64,000 nt of DNA, from positions 1,426,001 through 1,490,000 of the forward strand of contig LSRY02000011.1 in assembly GCA_001643675.2 (NCBI GenBank), read 5' to 3'. Made by a program: the position numbers and the translations under genes. The notes beneath the pieces are model-generated. The model was not told the origin of the DNA, ran no database searches, and saw only the letters and a program-made list of their open reading frames with translations. The DNA is from Monocercomonoides exilis PA203. Its lineage: Eukaryota > Protista > Preaxostyla. Below are positions 47,890 through 59,638 of the stretch, in pieces. Positions within the stretch are counted from its first letter, which is position 1; each line of letters begins with the position of its first letter.

Positions 47890-48787
47890 ATGTCAAATAT
47901 TGATAAGAGAGATTGTGAAAAAAATGAACCATTTTTTCATCGTCAATTTATTCTTTTCATGCATTTCCAATAAATAAGTAAGGCCTTTGCGTATATTGAA
48001 ATGCACAGCAACATATTATATTTGTTTGAAATATGGATCGTTTTGATGCGATTTGTATAAAAAAAAGCATATGCTGAGTGTTAAAAGTATTTTAATCTTA
48101 CTGTCATGCTTCTCTCATACTCTTGGGCATTGGATACTGGCATGCAATTTAAAACCATTTTTTTCCGTTTTGAAGCAATTGCTTTTATTGCGTTTTAAAA
48201 GGTAAATACAGATGATCAAACTCAATTTGATATAAGTTCTTTGGAAGTGTGATTAGAATAAACATAAAAAGCAATTATAATGTTTCTGTAAATGTTTGAA
48301 CTTATAGCCTCTTGAAAATAGAAATATTCCAGGAGTCTGGATTCAACTGGCAGAGCATTCTATTCCATTATCTTCACAAGAATCTGAAACAAAGATAATT
48401 CATCACTCAGCAAATCCGAACGTAGATGCAGCACCACGGCAAACTGGCACATATGAAAGAACATTGGAGTCATTTTTTCCAGCTCAATTTATGAAAGATA
48501 TTGAAGAAGATTCGGAAAAAATAAGTAATGAAAAAGATGATTTGAAGGAAAGTTCAAACTCTTCAAAAAAGACAGTTCAACAGACCGCTGCAAAGCAACC
48601 ACAACAAAAAGCCAAACAAAACCAGGTGTCACAAAGTTTTCCATCGTCCCCAACGATTCAGAAGAGAACTCCTCCTCCAGCAGCACAGACATCGTATTCA
48701 ACAAGTATTTCATCGCCTCATCCATCAGAAACATCATCCACTTCATTTTTCAAAGGAAGAGGCGTAACAAAAAGGCCGGGTCAATAA
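47890..48787 (+). CDS. Hypothetical protein, probably multi-exon; last exon about 48309-48787
   Basis: Open frame NIPGVWIQLAEHSIPL..ERTLESFFPAQFMKD..KRPGQ*. Upstream exons are unresolved. Confidence 0.4.
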
Positions 48788-49185
48788 AAAAATAAGAATT
48801 TCTCCTTTATTCTTTGCTGATTAGCAGCTATTTATATTCTCCCTTAAACGCAGGATTTAAAAACACATTAGAAAGAAGAATATCATTCAATAAAAAAAAG
48901 CAAAGATTATTGTTCAAGCCCAAAAGAACAATACATAGCTAATGAAAAATAAAAGCGCATCAATAGCACTTAATAAAGAGCATAATATATAAGGTTATAG
49001 AAAACCGCTCAAAAAATGAATATCAAATAAAAAAATAAAAATAAAATAAAGACATATAAACTATAAGCCCAATTTTCTTTTGGTAAATAAAAACATTTGA
49101 AATTAATTGCAAATTAATAAACAAAATCACTCATGACTTCTACTTTTTTCCATGTAAATAGACCCATCATAAAATTAACCACGTT

Positions 49186-52100
49186 TCAAAGAGGCGATTT
49201 GCCAGAACTGCCTTTTTGATGTGGGATCCAATTGAAATTTGAGGAAACTGCAGAAAAATCAATGGGATAGAAAAGAGTTAATCCGGTTGAAGAAGAAGAA
49301 GAAGAAGAAGAGGAGGAGGAGGAGGAGGAAGATGATGATGATGAAGGAAGAGGAGATGTGGAAGAAAGAGATTGTTGTGAAGTGTTGTCAGGCGAAACAT
49401 TGTGAAGTGGGGTTGGTGGCTGATTCATTGCATTCTCCTTATCTTTGGCATCTTTCGCTGTCACATGAGATGATGATGAAAGAGAAGAAGACGAATGAGA
49501 AGAAGAAGAAGAAGAAAGTGATTGACTAAGCGATGACTCACCGTCTTTAGCATCATATTGTGCGAATGGAGGAGGAGGAGTGGGAGTTGGAGTTGATTGA
49601 GCGCTTCTGCTTTGAGACTCTGAAAGCAAAGTTGAATCAGAATCGGCTTTTGATGAAGAATTCTGTGAGCATTGCTTATTTTCTGTATTTAAATCACCTG
49701 AGCTATCAGAAGATGATCCATTCATTGGCTTGTCTATTGAAAGATCAGCAGGATTCCCATAAGAAACATCAGATGTGAGTGAAAGTGGCTCAGGAGAAGA
49801 TGTCGTGTGGTTGGTGGACACGAAATGGGGCTGGAAGAACTTGATGTGGTGAGGAAAATGGCGAGGCCACAGATGAAGGACATCTGTGTCTGGTGTCAGA
49901 ATCTGTTGATTGCAAGTAATGGTGAATGAAATTATGGGATAAACATTCCAAAATATAAACATTTAATAATTCAATAAAAAAAGAAAGAAAGGAAAAGAAA
50001 AACAATAGAAAACCGTCAAATGTTGCTTTCAAACAAAGAACATCTTACAAACCGCATCAAACTGCTGGTAGAATGTATTCAGATACTTCGGTTTTCTGCT
50101 CTGGTTAAGCACGTGCTTCCATAATGAATGCGTTTCCTTGATAATCTGCCTTTCTTCCCTTTCTTTCTCGCTGTCGCACAGAAAGTTGCCGAAGCGGCAG
50201 GAGAAGAGATGCTTCGCAATGGTGTTCAGAAACTTCTCATTGAACTCAAACGCCATCGGAAACTGCATCACAATCTGGTAGACGCAGTCAAGAAACTGGA
50301 AAAACGTGGGTGAGATCGACTTCCTGTCGAGGTCTTTGTTTTTGCCGTATTTTGCTCCTGTGCGCAGGGCAAAGCGGTGTCCGAAGGAGATCCAGTCGCG
50401 CTCAATCAGAACAACAAAGCCACTGATGGTGCGGTAGAAAGGGGAAAGAAGCAGGGCAGCCAAAGAAACAAGGGCGGGTGTGCGGTCCCAGCCGTCGGTG
50501 CAGTGGATAAGGACGTTCTTGCGCTCAACGACAATCAGCCGGCAGAGCGACTTGGCCGAGGAGAGGATGCGGGAGAGATGCAGGTGCCAGCCGGAGGAGA
50601 GGACGGAGGACTCGAAACTGGAGATGAGGGGGAGTTGGGGTGAGGGGAGGTTTATTGAAATAAAAACATATTTAAAAAAATAAAAATAATAAAAATAAAA
50701 ATAAAAATAAAAATAAAAATAAAAACCAATTCGTAAATTTTATGAGTGAATAAAATTAAATAGAATAAATAAATAAATAAATAAAATAAACTCATCTAAA
50801 GCAATTATCTCAACACACTTTTCCCACATCTGTGGCTGGCTCTCTGGATCCAGCGCAGCGCTGCACACATCAGCCAGTTTTGCGAGGCTGTCTCTCATTG
50901 CATGGATATTCCCTATGCCAAGGAACTCAAACGAAGCATACGGCATCTGCTTTGCTTTCTCAAATCCCCCACTCAGAAGAGAGTTGCCAAAGGCTGCAAT
51001 GAAGGGGCGGGCATCAGCGATGTGCAGGCGGACAGAGGGCGGTTCTGAAGGATGCTCTTTGCTGTTGGTGTTGCCATTGGAGTTATTAGAATTGGAAGAG
51101 TTATTAATATTGTTGTTATTGGCACTGTTATTGTTTGTGCTGCTGTTGCTGCTGCTGTTACTGCTTCCAATGGGACTGCCAGATGAAGCAGGAGAAGTGG
51201 AGTTTGCAGCTGAAGAGGATGTGGGAGAAGAGGACTTGGCATTTGGATTTTTACTGGTGTGAATGTTGTCTTCGTTGGATCCTGCATAGCTTCCATTTGG
51301 ATCAGACGAGTTTTGACTTGATGAAGAAAATGGAGAAGAAGAAGAGGAGGAGGAAGAAGAAGAAGAAGAAGAAGAAGAAGAAGAAGAAGAAGAAGAATAT
51401 GAAGATGAATCATCAACAGAATGTGATGAATACACAGAAGCCTGCTGTGTGTGAGTGATAGCTGGAATCCAGCTGGGCGGTCTCTTTGACTTCACATTCT
51501 TTGCAGGCGTGGCTGAACTGTCGTCATTTCCCGACGCCAACGAAAGAGAAGACGATTTTGGTGAAGTCGTTTTGTTTTGCTGTGTTTTTGGCTCGCTGCT
51601 GTTTTGTGGCTGTTTGCTCCATTTCATCCCAGAGAAGAACGAGAGGAAGCTGAAGTGGCCAGACGGCGAGGGAGAAGAAGAGGAGGAAGGAGGGGGTGTT
51701 TGTGAGCGAGAAGACTTGCTGGTGGGAGTTTGAGGATCAGATTGAGAGGAAGAAGAAGAAGAAGAAGAAGAAGGTTGAGAACTGGGAATAGATTTTGATG
51801 TGAGTGGAGAAGACATAGCAGCTTGTGTGGCAGAAGAAGAAGAGGAAGAAGAAGAAGCATAAGGAGGAAGAGATTTGATAGAATTGCAGGGAGATTGATC
51901 GCCAACGCAATCTGCTCTATTTGATGGAGAAGTGCCACAAGAGTGGGAAAGTGATGCTTCTGTATGGGAATCCCCAGCTGGATGCACTGTTGCTTCCGAT
52001 GTTGGTTTTATTTCCTCAACTGATGATGTTTCATTGCTGTGATCGTCCTTGTTCGATTTTCCAGATGAAGAACTGCTTTCAGATGATTTCTGATCATCGG

Positions 52101-54210
52101 CTTCATCCTCTTTTGCAGTTGAGTCAAGTTGATTTGTAATGTTTTCACTTATCTTCAATGGTTCAGGCACATCTTGATCATCAGCATCATTTGATGAAAC
52201 GCCTGCCTCTTCCTTTTCTTGTTCTTTTGTGTTTGAGCTATGTGTATCTGCCTCTGTCTTCTTTTCAGTGTCTTTTATCTCATCGTCTTCAACAGCTTCC
52301 CATTCATCTCCGTCTTCCTCTTCTTCCCACTCATCGTCATCATCTTCTATTTCCTCGTCCTCTTCTTCTTCGTCCTCTCCTCCTCCTCCTCCTCCTCCTC
52401 CTCCTCCAATTTGCTCTTCTTCCTTCTGTTTCTCCGTATCATGTGTCTCCTTTCCTCTTTCCCCTCCTCCTTCCTCCTCTCTCTTGCAGTCCATCTCCTT
52501 CCTCTTCTTCATCTCCGCCATCTCCTTCGCCTTCATCAGGATGCTCTGCACTTCTGGGTCGATGCTGCCTGTGTCTGCAATCGCCCTCAAGATCGCATCG
52601 TCTTCGATGCTCTTCGCTGCAAATATCCCCGTCATCGGCTGCGACGAGCGGGTGACGGCGATCCCGTTGGAGTGGAGGAAGGCCAAGACAGGCAGCCGAG
52701 AACGCGAGCGGAACTTGGCGATGCGCTTCAGCTGCTCGTCGGTGATGGACGAGGGGACACACAGGAAGCGAGGGTAGGTAGAGCAGAGGGTGTAGTCGCT
52801 GTTGAGCTCTGTGAGGCGCCAGTCAGCAGCGGCTTGTGTGTGGTTGAGGGTGGATGGAGAGGAAGAGGAGGAAGGAGAGGAAGAGGAAGAGGAGGAAGAG
52901 GAGGAGGAAGAAGAGAAAGAAGAAGAAGAAGATGATGATGATGAATATGACAGATGTGATGCGCCAAACAGATGAGGATATTGCAAGTGCTGTGGAATCT
53001 GCACCCCCATCCGCTCGTACTCCTCCAGCATGTTGAACTGCCTCCAGTCGTCTTCAAAGGCAGAGATTGGGCAAAGAGAGCCCTGTGCAGCATAAGAGAG
53101 CATCCGGCTATGGGGCACGTGGGGAGAACCTGTTGGAGGTGTGGAGAGTGTGGGCTCAACAGAGTTGACTGAAGATGTGGCTGTGACGACGGAGGATTTG
53201 GGTTGATCAGATGGAAGAATAGGGGAGGAGGAAGAAGGAGGCGGGGTGGAGGGGGTGGAGGGTAGAGAGGAAGGAGATGGAGGAGAAGACGAGTGTTCAG
53301 GTGAATTAATTGAAGATGTCTTGTCTTTTTGATCATCTGATGATGGCTTTGTGTTTGGTGTTGCTGAATTCAGAATAGATGAAGTAATTGTTGGCTGTTT
53401 CTCGATCTCAGAAGAATTTTCTTCATCTTGTGGCAACTTTTTAATATCATTTGTTGAACCTTGCGAATCATTCGAATTTTCAGTTGCTCCTGAAGTATTT
53501 GTAAGTTCTTTTTCTTTTGAAATAGGAGATTCAACGCAATTGTTTGAGTTATTCTGTGAAGAATCTTTTTTAATTTGATTAGAATCACAAAGTTTTGCAT
53601 TTGGACGTGGTAATGAATGACTACTTCCATCTGTGAAGCTGTGATATTCAAAAGCGAAAAGGAACGGTTGTCCGGACGAAGTAATCGGAAAAGCAAAAGA
53701 TTTCAATGACAGAAACAAAAACTTTCGAACTCCAGCCTTCATTTCAGTAAAAATTCTTCAGTAAAATCAAGCCAATTATATGGGTATGGAAAAAAAGAAA
53801 TAATTTTGAAACATACCTCAAAGTTCGTTGATCTTTACAGGTTATTTTTATGTAATATCCTTCTGGGGGCTGTGAAGGGGTTAATTTTCCGATTTTTTCA
53901 AGTTGAGAAATTAACATAAGAGGAACAGAAAGTTTGAGGTGTATAAATTCTGATGGTGCTGGATTCATTGGGCTAAGTGGGAAAAAAATAAGTCGATAGT
54001 TTGTAATCCACAAAGTTCCTTGAAATCGAATGTGATTAAATCCAATGTTATTGAATTTATATCTGTACTCACAAAATTCACCAGGAAGAAGCTTCATCGA
54101 AAGCAAAGATTCTATTTTACACAGTTGGACAGAAAATCGGAGAAAATCAAAATTAATTAAATTGAATCGACTTCAAAAAATATAAATAAGAATAATTTAA
54201 CCTGTCATTT
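49186..54210 (-). CDS. Myotubularin family phosphoinositide 3-phosphatase (PH-GRAM + PTP domain) with large low-complexity insertions
   Basis: GTLWITNYRLIF, CKDQRTLR, WRLTELNSDYTLCSTYP, FRSRSRLPVL, RSSQP, IGNIHAMRDS, active site HCTDGWDRT, DWISFGHRF, FLDCVYQ..QFP.AFEFNE and FGNFLCDSEKER. Introns include 53756-53816 and 50618-50818. The 5' end is uncertain and may reach 54485. Confidence 0.93.
50676..50724. repeat. (AAAAAT)n intronic microsatellite
   Basis: Direct read, inside a myotubularin intron. Confidence 0.8.
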
Positions 54211-54511
54211 AATGGTGTTCGGACAACAGGATTTAAAAGCGAGGTTCGTTAGTTTTTTATGAATAAGAAAATTTTATGGGGAAGAAAAATGATCAAATGG
54301 AAATTCGAATACATAATTTTTCGTTCGTATGGAAGTTGAATGTAATATAATATAATACTCAACCCATACGCAAGAGTGTATTGAGTTAAAGACTCTTTTG
54401 GAAAATACTAATATATGCGAAAAAACGAAAAATATAAAAGAAAACGAAGAAAAATAAAACTTACTCTGGATATGCAATGAAGCATCACTTTACGAAAGAA
54501 AGCAAGAAAGT

Positions 54512-57127
54512 TTAAAGCAATTCACCAATCTTTTCTCCCATTTTAATTACTGTTTCTGCTTCTTCCTTGGAATATTTTACGAGATCCTCATCAAATTTGA
54601 CTTTTCCTGGTTCAAACACAACGAGCACCGAACTTCCTCCGTATTCAAAATACCCCAATTCGTCCCCCTTTTCATACACCATACTCTTTTTCTCATCCAC
54701 TCCGGCGTTTTCATCCCAAACTTTCGCTGTAACAACACAAGACCCAACCAGCGCTGCTCCAATGAGCACAAGAGCAAACTCCCCCGCCACTTCAGACACA
54801 CACCTCATCACCACTCTGTGATTGGCAGTGAACACATCCAGCCCTGGGCTGCAAACAGCGACCGGAGAAACTGTGAAGTAAGTTCCTCCGATGGGGTGGA
54901 CAGAGAGAATGCGCGTGGAAGACACAGGGCAGTGCACACGATGATAGTCACGAGGAGCAAGACGGCTCAGAAGAACAGACCCTCCACTCACTTTGTGGAA
55001 GAGATGGAGAAGTTCTTGCTGCTGGCTGCTGGATTCTGATGATTGGGATGAGGAAGAAGAAGAAGAAGAAGACGATGATGATGATTGATTTTCTAATGAC
55101 TCCTCATTTTCAATTCCTAAACAGCTCTTCAATGTGAAGTTGTCTCCTTTAATCCAAAAGTGATGTGCCTCGTCGCAGTCTGAGAAACACACAAAACGAC
55201 AGTCCGCCGGAGAAACTACAGTTTTATCCCCTTTCACACCTCCGATTGGTCGAGCGCCTGGAACAAGTTTCCGAATGAAGAACTGATTGAGCGAGGCAAA
55301 TCCTTCTGTGGGATCGTCCTTGTCTGCAAATGGCTCAGTACCGGCGGTGCCGTTTGGGCGGAGATATTCATTGGAGATGCCGTTCTTCAACTTGAAGCCC
55401 TGGATCTGCCTGGCTGAACCAGGCGAGCTCATGATCTTTCCTGTGGTGAGTGTGGAGATGACGAGGATGCTCTTCATCCATCTCAGCGCCCTCTCCTGCA
55501 CACGGGGCGACAAACACCCGCTGGCAATCATCAGCATCGTGTGCAGCTTCAGAAAGAGCTGCACGTCTTCTGCGATGGCCTCTGGGGAAGAGGCACCGCT
55601 GGTGCGATCAATCACACGGAAGGCAGTGGGCGAGGCAAGGCGCAGATAAGGTGAGGCCATCACAGACTTCTGGGGAACAAGCAGCGGAATATGCGAGCGA
55701 GAGAGAATGAACGAGAGGGAGGCGTCTGTTAAAGAATGTGAGGCATCTGAGGAGGAAGAGGGTGCGGACGATGACGAAGAAGAAGATGAAGACGACGACG
55801 ATGAGGAAGGTGATGAAAGAGTCTGCTGTGCTGATGGCACTGCTGCTTTTGCAGCTGCAGGTGTTCCAAAGATGATTGGGGGAGCGCATACAAACGGTCG
55901 TGTGATGCTGATGATTTTGGCATCGTCTGATGCTTCCGACAAGTCCTCGCCGGAAAACGGGCAGCGCTTCAGCGATGGGAGCAGCGGGCGATGCGAGCGC
56001 AGAAAGCCCCACAGAGAGGAGGCAGTCAAAGCAGAGGGATGCTCTGCAGAGGCGGCTGTTTGGACGAACTGCTCAATCTTCATCAGCAGCGCCATGTCCA
56101 GCCCCGACGCTACAAGACGAAGCGCATCCAAATCAAGCGCTGCACCGGTGCCGCTTCCAGCGCCTGCTCGCTCGAAAAATTGGAGCATGTGCATCCAGAT
56201 CCCGTCGGCTACTTGCTGTTCTGTCAGAAATTGTGCAGATGCCACAACATCGAATCCCATTCCTTCCGTATTCTGAAAATGTATTTTTTGAATTTTCACT
56301 CCTTCTTCAACTTCCTTTAAGAAGCGCTCAATTAATGTTTTTTGTTTGCCTTCAGTTAATTTATCTGTTTGATCAGTAGTGCAAGCTGAATTTTCTTTTT
56401 GTTTTGTGTCAATTGTTAATAAACCGTTGGTAAATTGTTGTGCTTGGATGTCCTTAGCTTGATCATGCAAAATTAGAGAAACTCTTATGTCTTGAATTTG
56501 TTTTTCAGATTTTTTGATTGGAATGATTACTGGCAGTCCATTCAATGAAAAAGAGCTGTTTTCCTTTATTGAAATTGATGACCTTTCGTTGCAAAATTGA
56601 TCATATTGCAGCACGCATCGAGGAATTAAGCCCTCATAATTGCCTTTGACGTTTTCTGCAGAAAGACACCGAATAAATGCATAACCTTCAAGATTGTCTT
56701 TGTCATTTTCAACTCCGAATGAAAATGGACTTAAGGAAACAGAAATATCAAGTTTAAGCTTATCATCAACTGAATTAAATGTATAATTCTGTGGTTCATC
56801 TACTCTTATACTTGACAATTCAATCGTCCAAGATTCAACTGAGAATTTTTGTTCAAGTTGAGAAAATCTTTTTAACTCAATAGTAATTGGTTTACAGCAA
56901 TCGGATCTTGAATAAGTGAATATACAGTCATGAGTACTTTTATATTTATTTGCTTCTTGTGGAATGAATTTTATAGCTTCCTCCATTTCTGTAAATTTGA
57001 TTGAAAGATGATTTTTTTCAAGAAAATCTTCGTCTGCACAATCGTTTGCCACGCTTAAAATAGCGCCAATTGACAGATGTAGATCGTCATTTCTGAGTAA
57101 ATCCAGGAAAGAAGACGTCTGCCCCAT
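54512..57127 (-). CDS. Phosphatidylserine decarboxylase, type II (Psd2-like) proenzyme
   Basis: NQFFIRKL..ARPI, VSPADCR, FWIKG..F, RLAPRDYHRVHCPV, GA.LVGS, and KGDELGYFEYGGSS self-cleavage motif. Likely start MGQTSS at 57127. Confidence 0.93.
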   Translation of the reverse strand: MGQTSSFLDLLRNDDLHLSIGAILSVANDCADEDFLEKNHLSIKFTEMEEAIKFIPQEANKYKSTHDCIFTYSRSDCCKPITIELKRFSQLEQKFSVESWTIELSSIRVDEPQNYTFNSVDDKLKLDISVSLSPFSFGVENDKDNLEGYAFIRCLSAENVKGNYEGLIPRCVLQYDQFCNERSSISIKENSSFSLNGLPVIIPIKKSEKQIQDIRVSLILHDQAKDIQAQQFTNGLLTIDTKQKENSACTTDQTDKLTEGKQKTLIERFLKEVEEGVKIQKIHFQNTEGMGFDVVASAQFLTEQQVADGIWMHMLQFFERAGAGSGTGAALDLDALRLVASGLDMALLMKIEQFVQTAASAEHPSALTASSLWGFLRSHRPLLPSLKRCPFSGEDLSEASDDAKIISITRPFVCAPPIIFGTPAAAKAAVPSAQQTLSSPSSSSSSSSSSSSSSAPSSSSDASHSLTDASLSFILSRSHIPLLVPQKSVMASPYLRLASPTAFRVIDRTSGASSPEAIAEDVQLFLKLHTMLMIASGCLSPRVQERALRWMKSILVISTLTTGKIMSSPGSARQIQGFKLKNGISNEYLRPNGTAGTEPFADKDDPTEGFASLNQFFIRKLVPGARPIGGVKGDKTVVSPADCRFVCFSDCDEAHHFWIKGDNFTLKSCLGIENEESLENQSSSSSSSSSSSSSQSSESSSQQQELLHLFHKVSGGSVLLSRLAPRDYHRVHCPVSSTRILSVHPIGGTYFTVSPVAVCSPGLDVFTANHRVVMRCVSEVAGEFALVLIGAALVGSCVVTAKVWDENAGVDEKKSMVYEKGDELGYFEYGGSSVLVVFEPGKVKFDEDLVKYSKEEAETVIKMGEKIGELL

Positions 57128-57694
57128 TAGACTCGTTGTATTGTGAACCAAAAATAATGTAATATTGTGGTATGATCACTTGAATGAAAGAGAATAATCA
57201 TCTTTTTTGTGGAAAACTCAAAGAATCAAAGAATAACTGTTATTTAAAATTCATTTAGCGCCTTTATGCATGCAGTTCCATCAAGAAATACTGAATTAAG
57301 TAATTTCAAATTGAATGAAAAACCTATTCTCAATTTCTAAATTGAAATTTACAAAATTTCAAATTCATGCAAATGTAACTAGAAAAATGTATAAAATAAT
57401 TGTCTATAAATGGAAAAATACGAACGAACAATTTTTTGAAACATTAATAAAAAATTAAAAAATTTTGAATGCTGAAATTATAATCATTTTAAATAAAAGA
57501 GTGTCAAACAATAAAATAAGAACCCAAAAAGAACTCATAAATATATCTTGTCGTTATTTTTAGCGAATACAAAAGCCAAAAACAATTATAACAACAAAAA
57601 TAAAAACAAACACAAAAACATAAATTACATTTACACCTATTAATAATAATCATTTTCGACAAAAGTTTGTAGCTTTATCAACTCAAAGATGTGC

Positions 57695-59296
57695 TCAAGC
57701 ACATTCCTTTTCATCTCCGACGAAATGAAATACAGCTATTGTATCGCACGATATTTGCCGAAAAGGGCCATTCCCAGTTCCTGTTCCAGGATTAATATAC
57801 AAAAACGGTTTTCCGCTCTTCAATACTGTTCCTGAAGAAGTGTCTGAATAAGCGTGAATGTTGCTATAAATTGATCCTTCTTCAATTATTTGAGAATCAT
57901 TTTGTCTTTTTTTATTTGCTTTTTTGGGCTTTTTGTTCTCGAGAGAAAAGAAGCCATAGCCTCCGTGAAAATCTATCTTGTTTCTGAGGTGCTGGAAGAT
58001 AGTTGGCCCAGCATGTGTATGACCGCACAAGATTACGTCCACCCCAAGAAATGCTGCTGTTGAAGGAAGAATGTCGCGATGGGGGCGATGGTGCAAAAGA
58101 ATAGAAAGTGATGGACATGAAGATGAGGACGAAGCTGACGGCAACGATGATGAAGATGAAGATGAAGATGGCTTTGGTAAAGCTTGATAATATGCTTCGT
58201 GTGGATGCTTGTTTCCTTCGTTTTGAGCCTCATTCTGCTTGATATATTTACATGAGCGAATAAATTGAGAAGGTGAACCGTCATCGATCCCAACGATTCG
58301 AATATACTCTTGTTCTTCTGGTTGCATTTTTTCCTCTGTGTTTAATTGCGAGCATGTTGATGGATCAGATATATCTGTTGGGATTGTTTTTGAATTTTTC
58401 TGTCTATTTGAATGATCAGGAAAAGGAATATAAACTTCTTCATTCATCAGAACCCTGATGTTTGGAAATGCTGAAATAGTGGTCAAAACTTCTTGAATTC
58501 CAAGAGAATGTTCATGGTTTCCCTGTTTTTAAAACAATTATCAGAAATATGAATGGATAAATTTAGAATGGCATACAACAACATAAAACACTCCTAGCGG
58601 AGGATGAAGATCAGAAAGCGGATCTAAATCATGAGATCTTGAATGTTCTTTCCTTTCATAATCGTGTGTTCTTGTTTTCAAGAGAGAAGGAGCATCAAAT
58701 AGATCTCCTGTTATAACAACAATATCTGGATCAATTTTGTTTAACTTCGAAACAATATATTTAAGGTGCCGTTTAGGCATTGACCCAAGATGAACATCAG
58801 TTATATGTGCAACTGTTACAGAGCGATGAAGCGTTGTGGGAACTTCTACTCGCCGAGTAAATATTATCAAGCCCTTTGCAATAAAAATAAGAATTAGAAT
58901 AGCAGCAAAACCTAATGAAATAATTGCAAAAATGTATTGATGCGTTATAATCCAGTTGTTATGAATAGAATACCCAACGATAACTGCAATTTCACACAAT
59001 AAACAAAAAGGAATAAGCTCCAATAAAAAATGCATAAAAATCTCTCTAAAAGTAATTAAAAACCAACGCAAATATGTTGTATTGCGTCTATGAAATAATT
59101 TTATTCCAATAAGAAAAGGTGGTGGAATTAAAGAAATTAACACAAATAAAATTATAAATAAAGGATATTCTCGAAGAATATTCCAAAAAATCCAAGATAA
59201 AACACGACAAAGTGGATAAAATAATGCTATGCTAAATCCAATCATGCTCCATGAACAGAATAGATTTATGAAAGAACGAAAAAAATATGAATTCAT
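57695..59296 (-). CDS. Transmembrane metallophosphoesterase (TMPPE/YkuE-like calcineurin-like phosphoesterase), 2 exons
   Basis: About 4 N-terminal TM helices. Motifs DVHLG, GDLFD, VV|GNHE (in-frame intron 58523-58576), LLHHRP and CGHTHAG. Confidence 0.9.
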
Positions 59297-59638
59297 GAAA
59301 AAAATTTGATCTGATCCCTCTTTCTAATTCTGTTTTGAGATAATGAGTTTTATCTTTTCAAAAGCATTAACCACAATCATTTTGCACATGATTGAAAAAG
59401 CTTAACTATATGACTAAAAAAGAGTTTATTTATTTCATTTTTTCCTTTTTTCACAACAATAAACTCAATTTTCAATTATCCCAAAAAAAGCATATATAAA
59501 CTATGTGCTGTATTTTTTTTGTTCGTCATTGCATTTATTCCCTTTGATTGTGTAAAATCAGATGATTTTAAATGAAAAACAGCAAATATTTAATTAAGGG
59601 TTACTTTTAATAATTTATTCCTTTTACCTAATTGGCTA

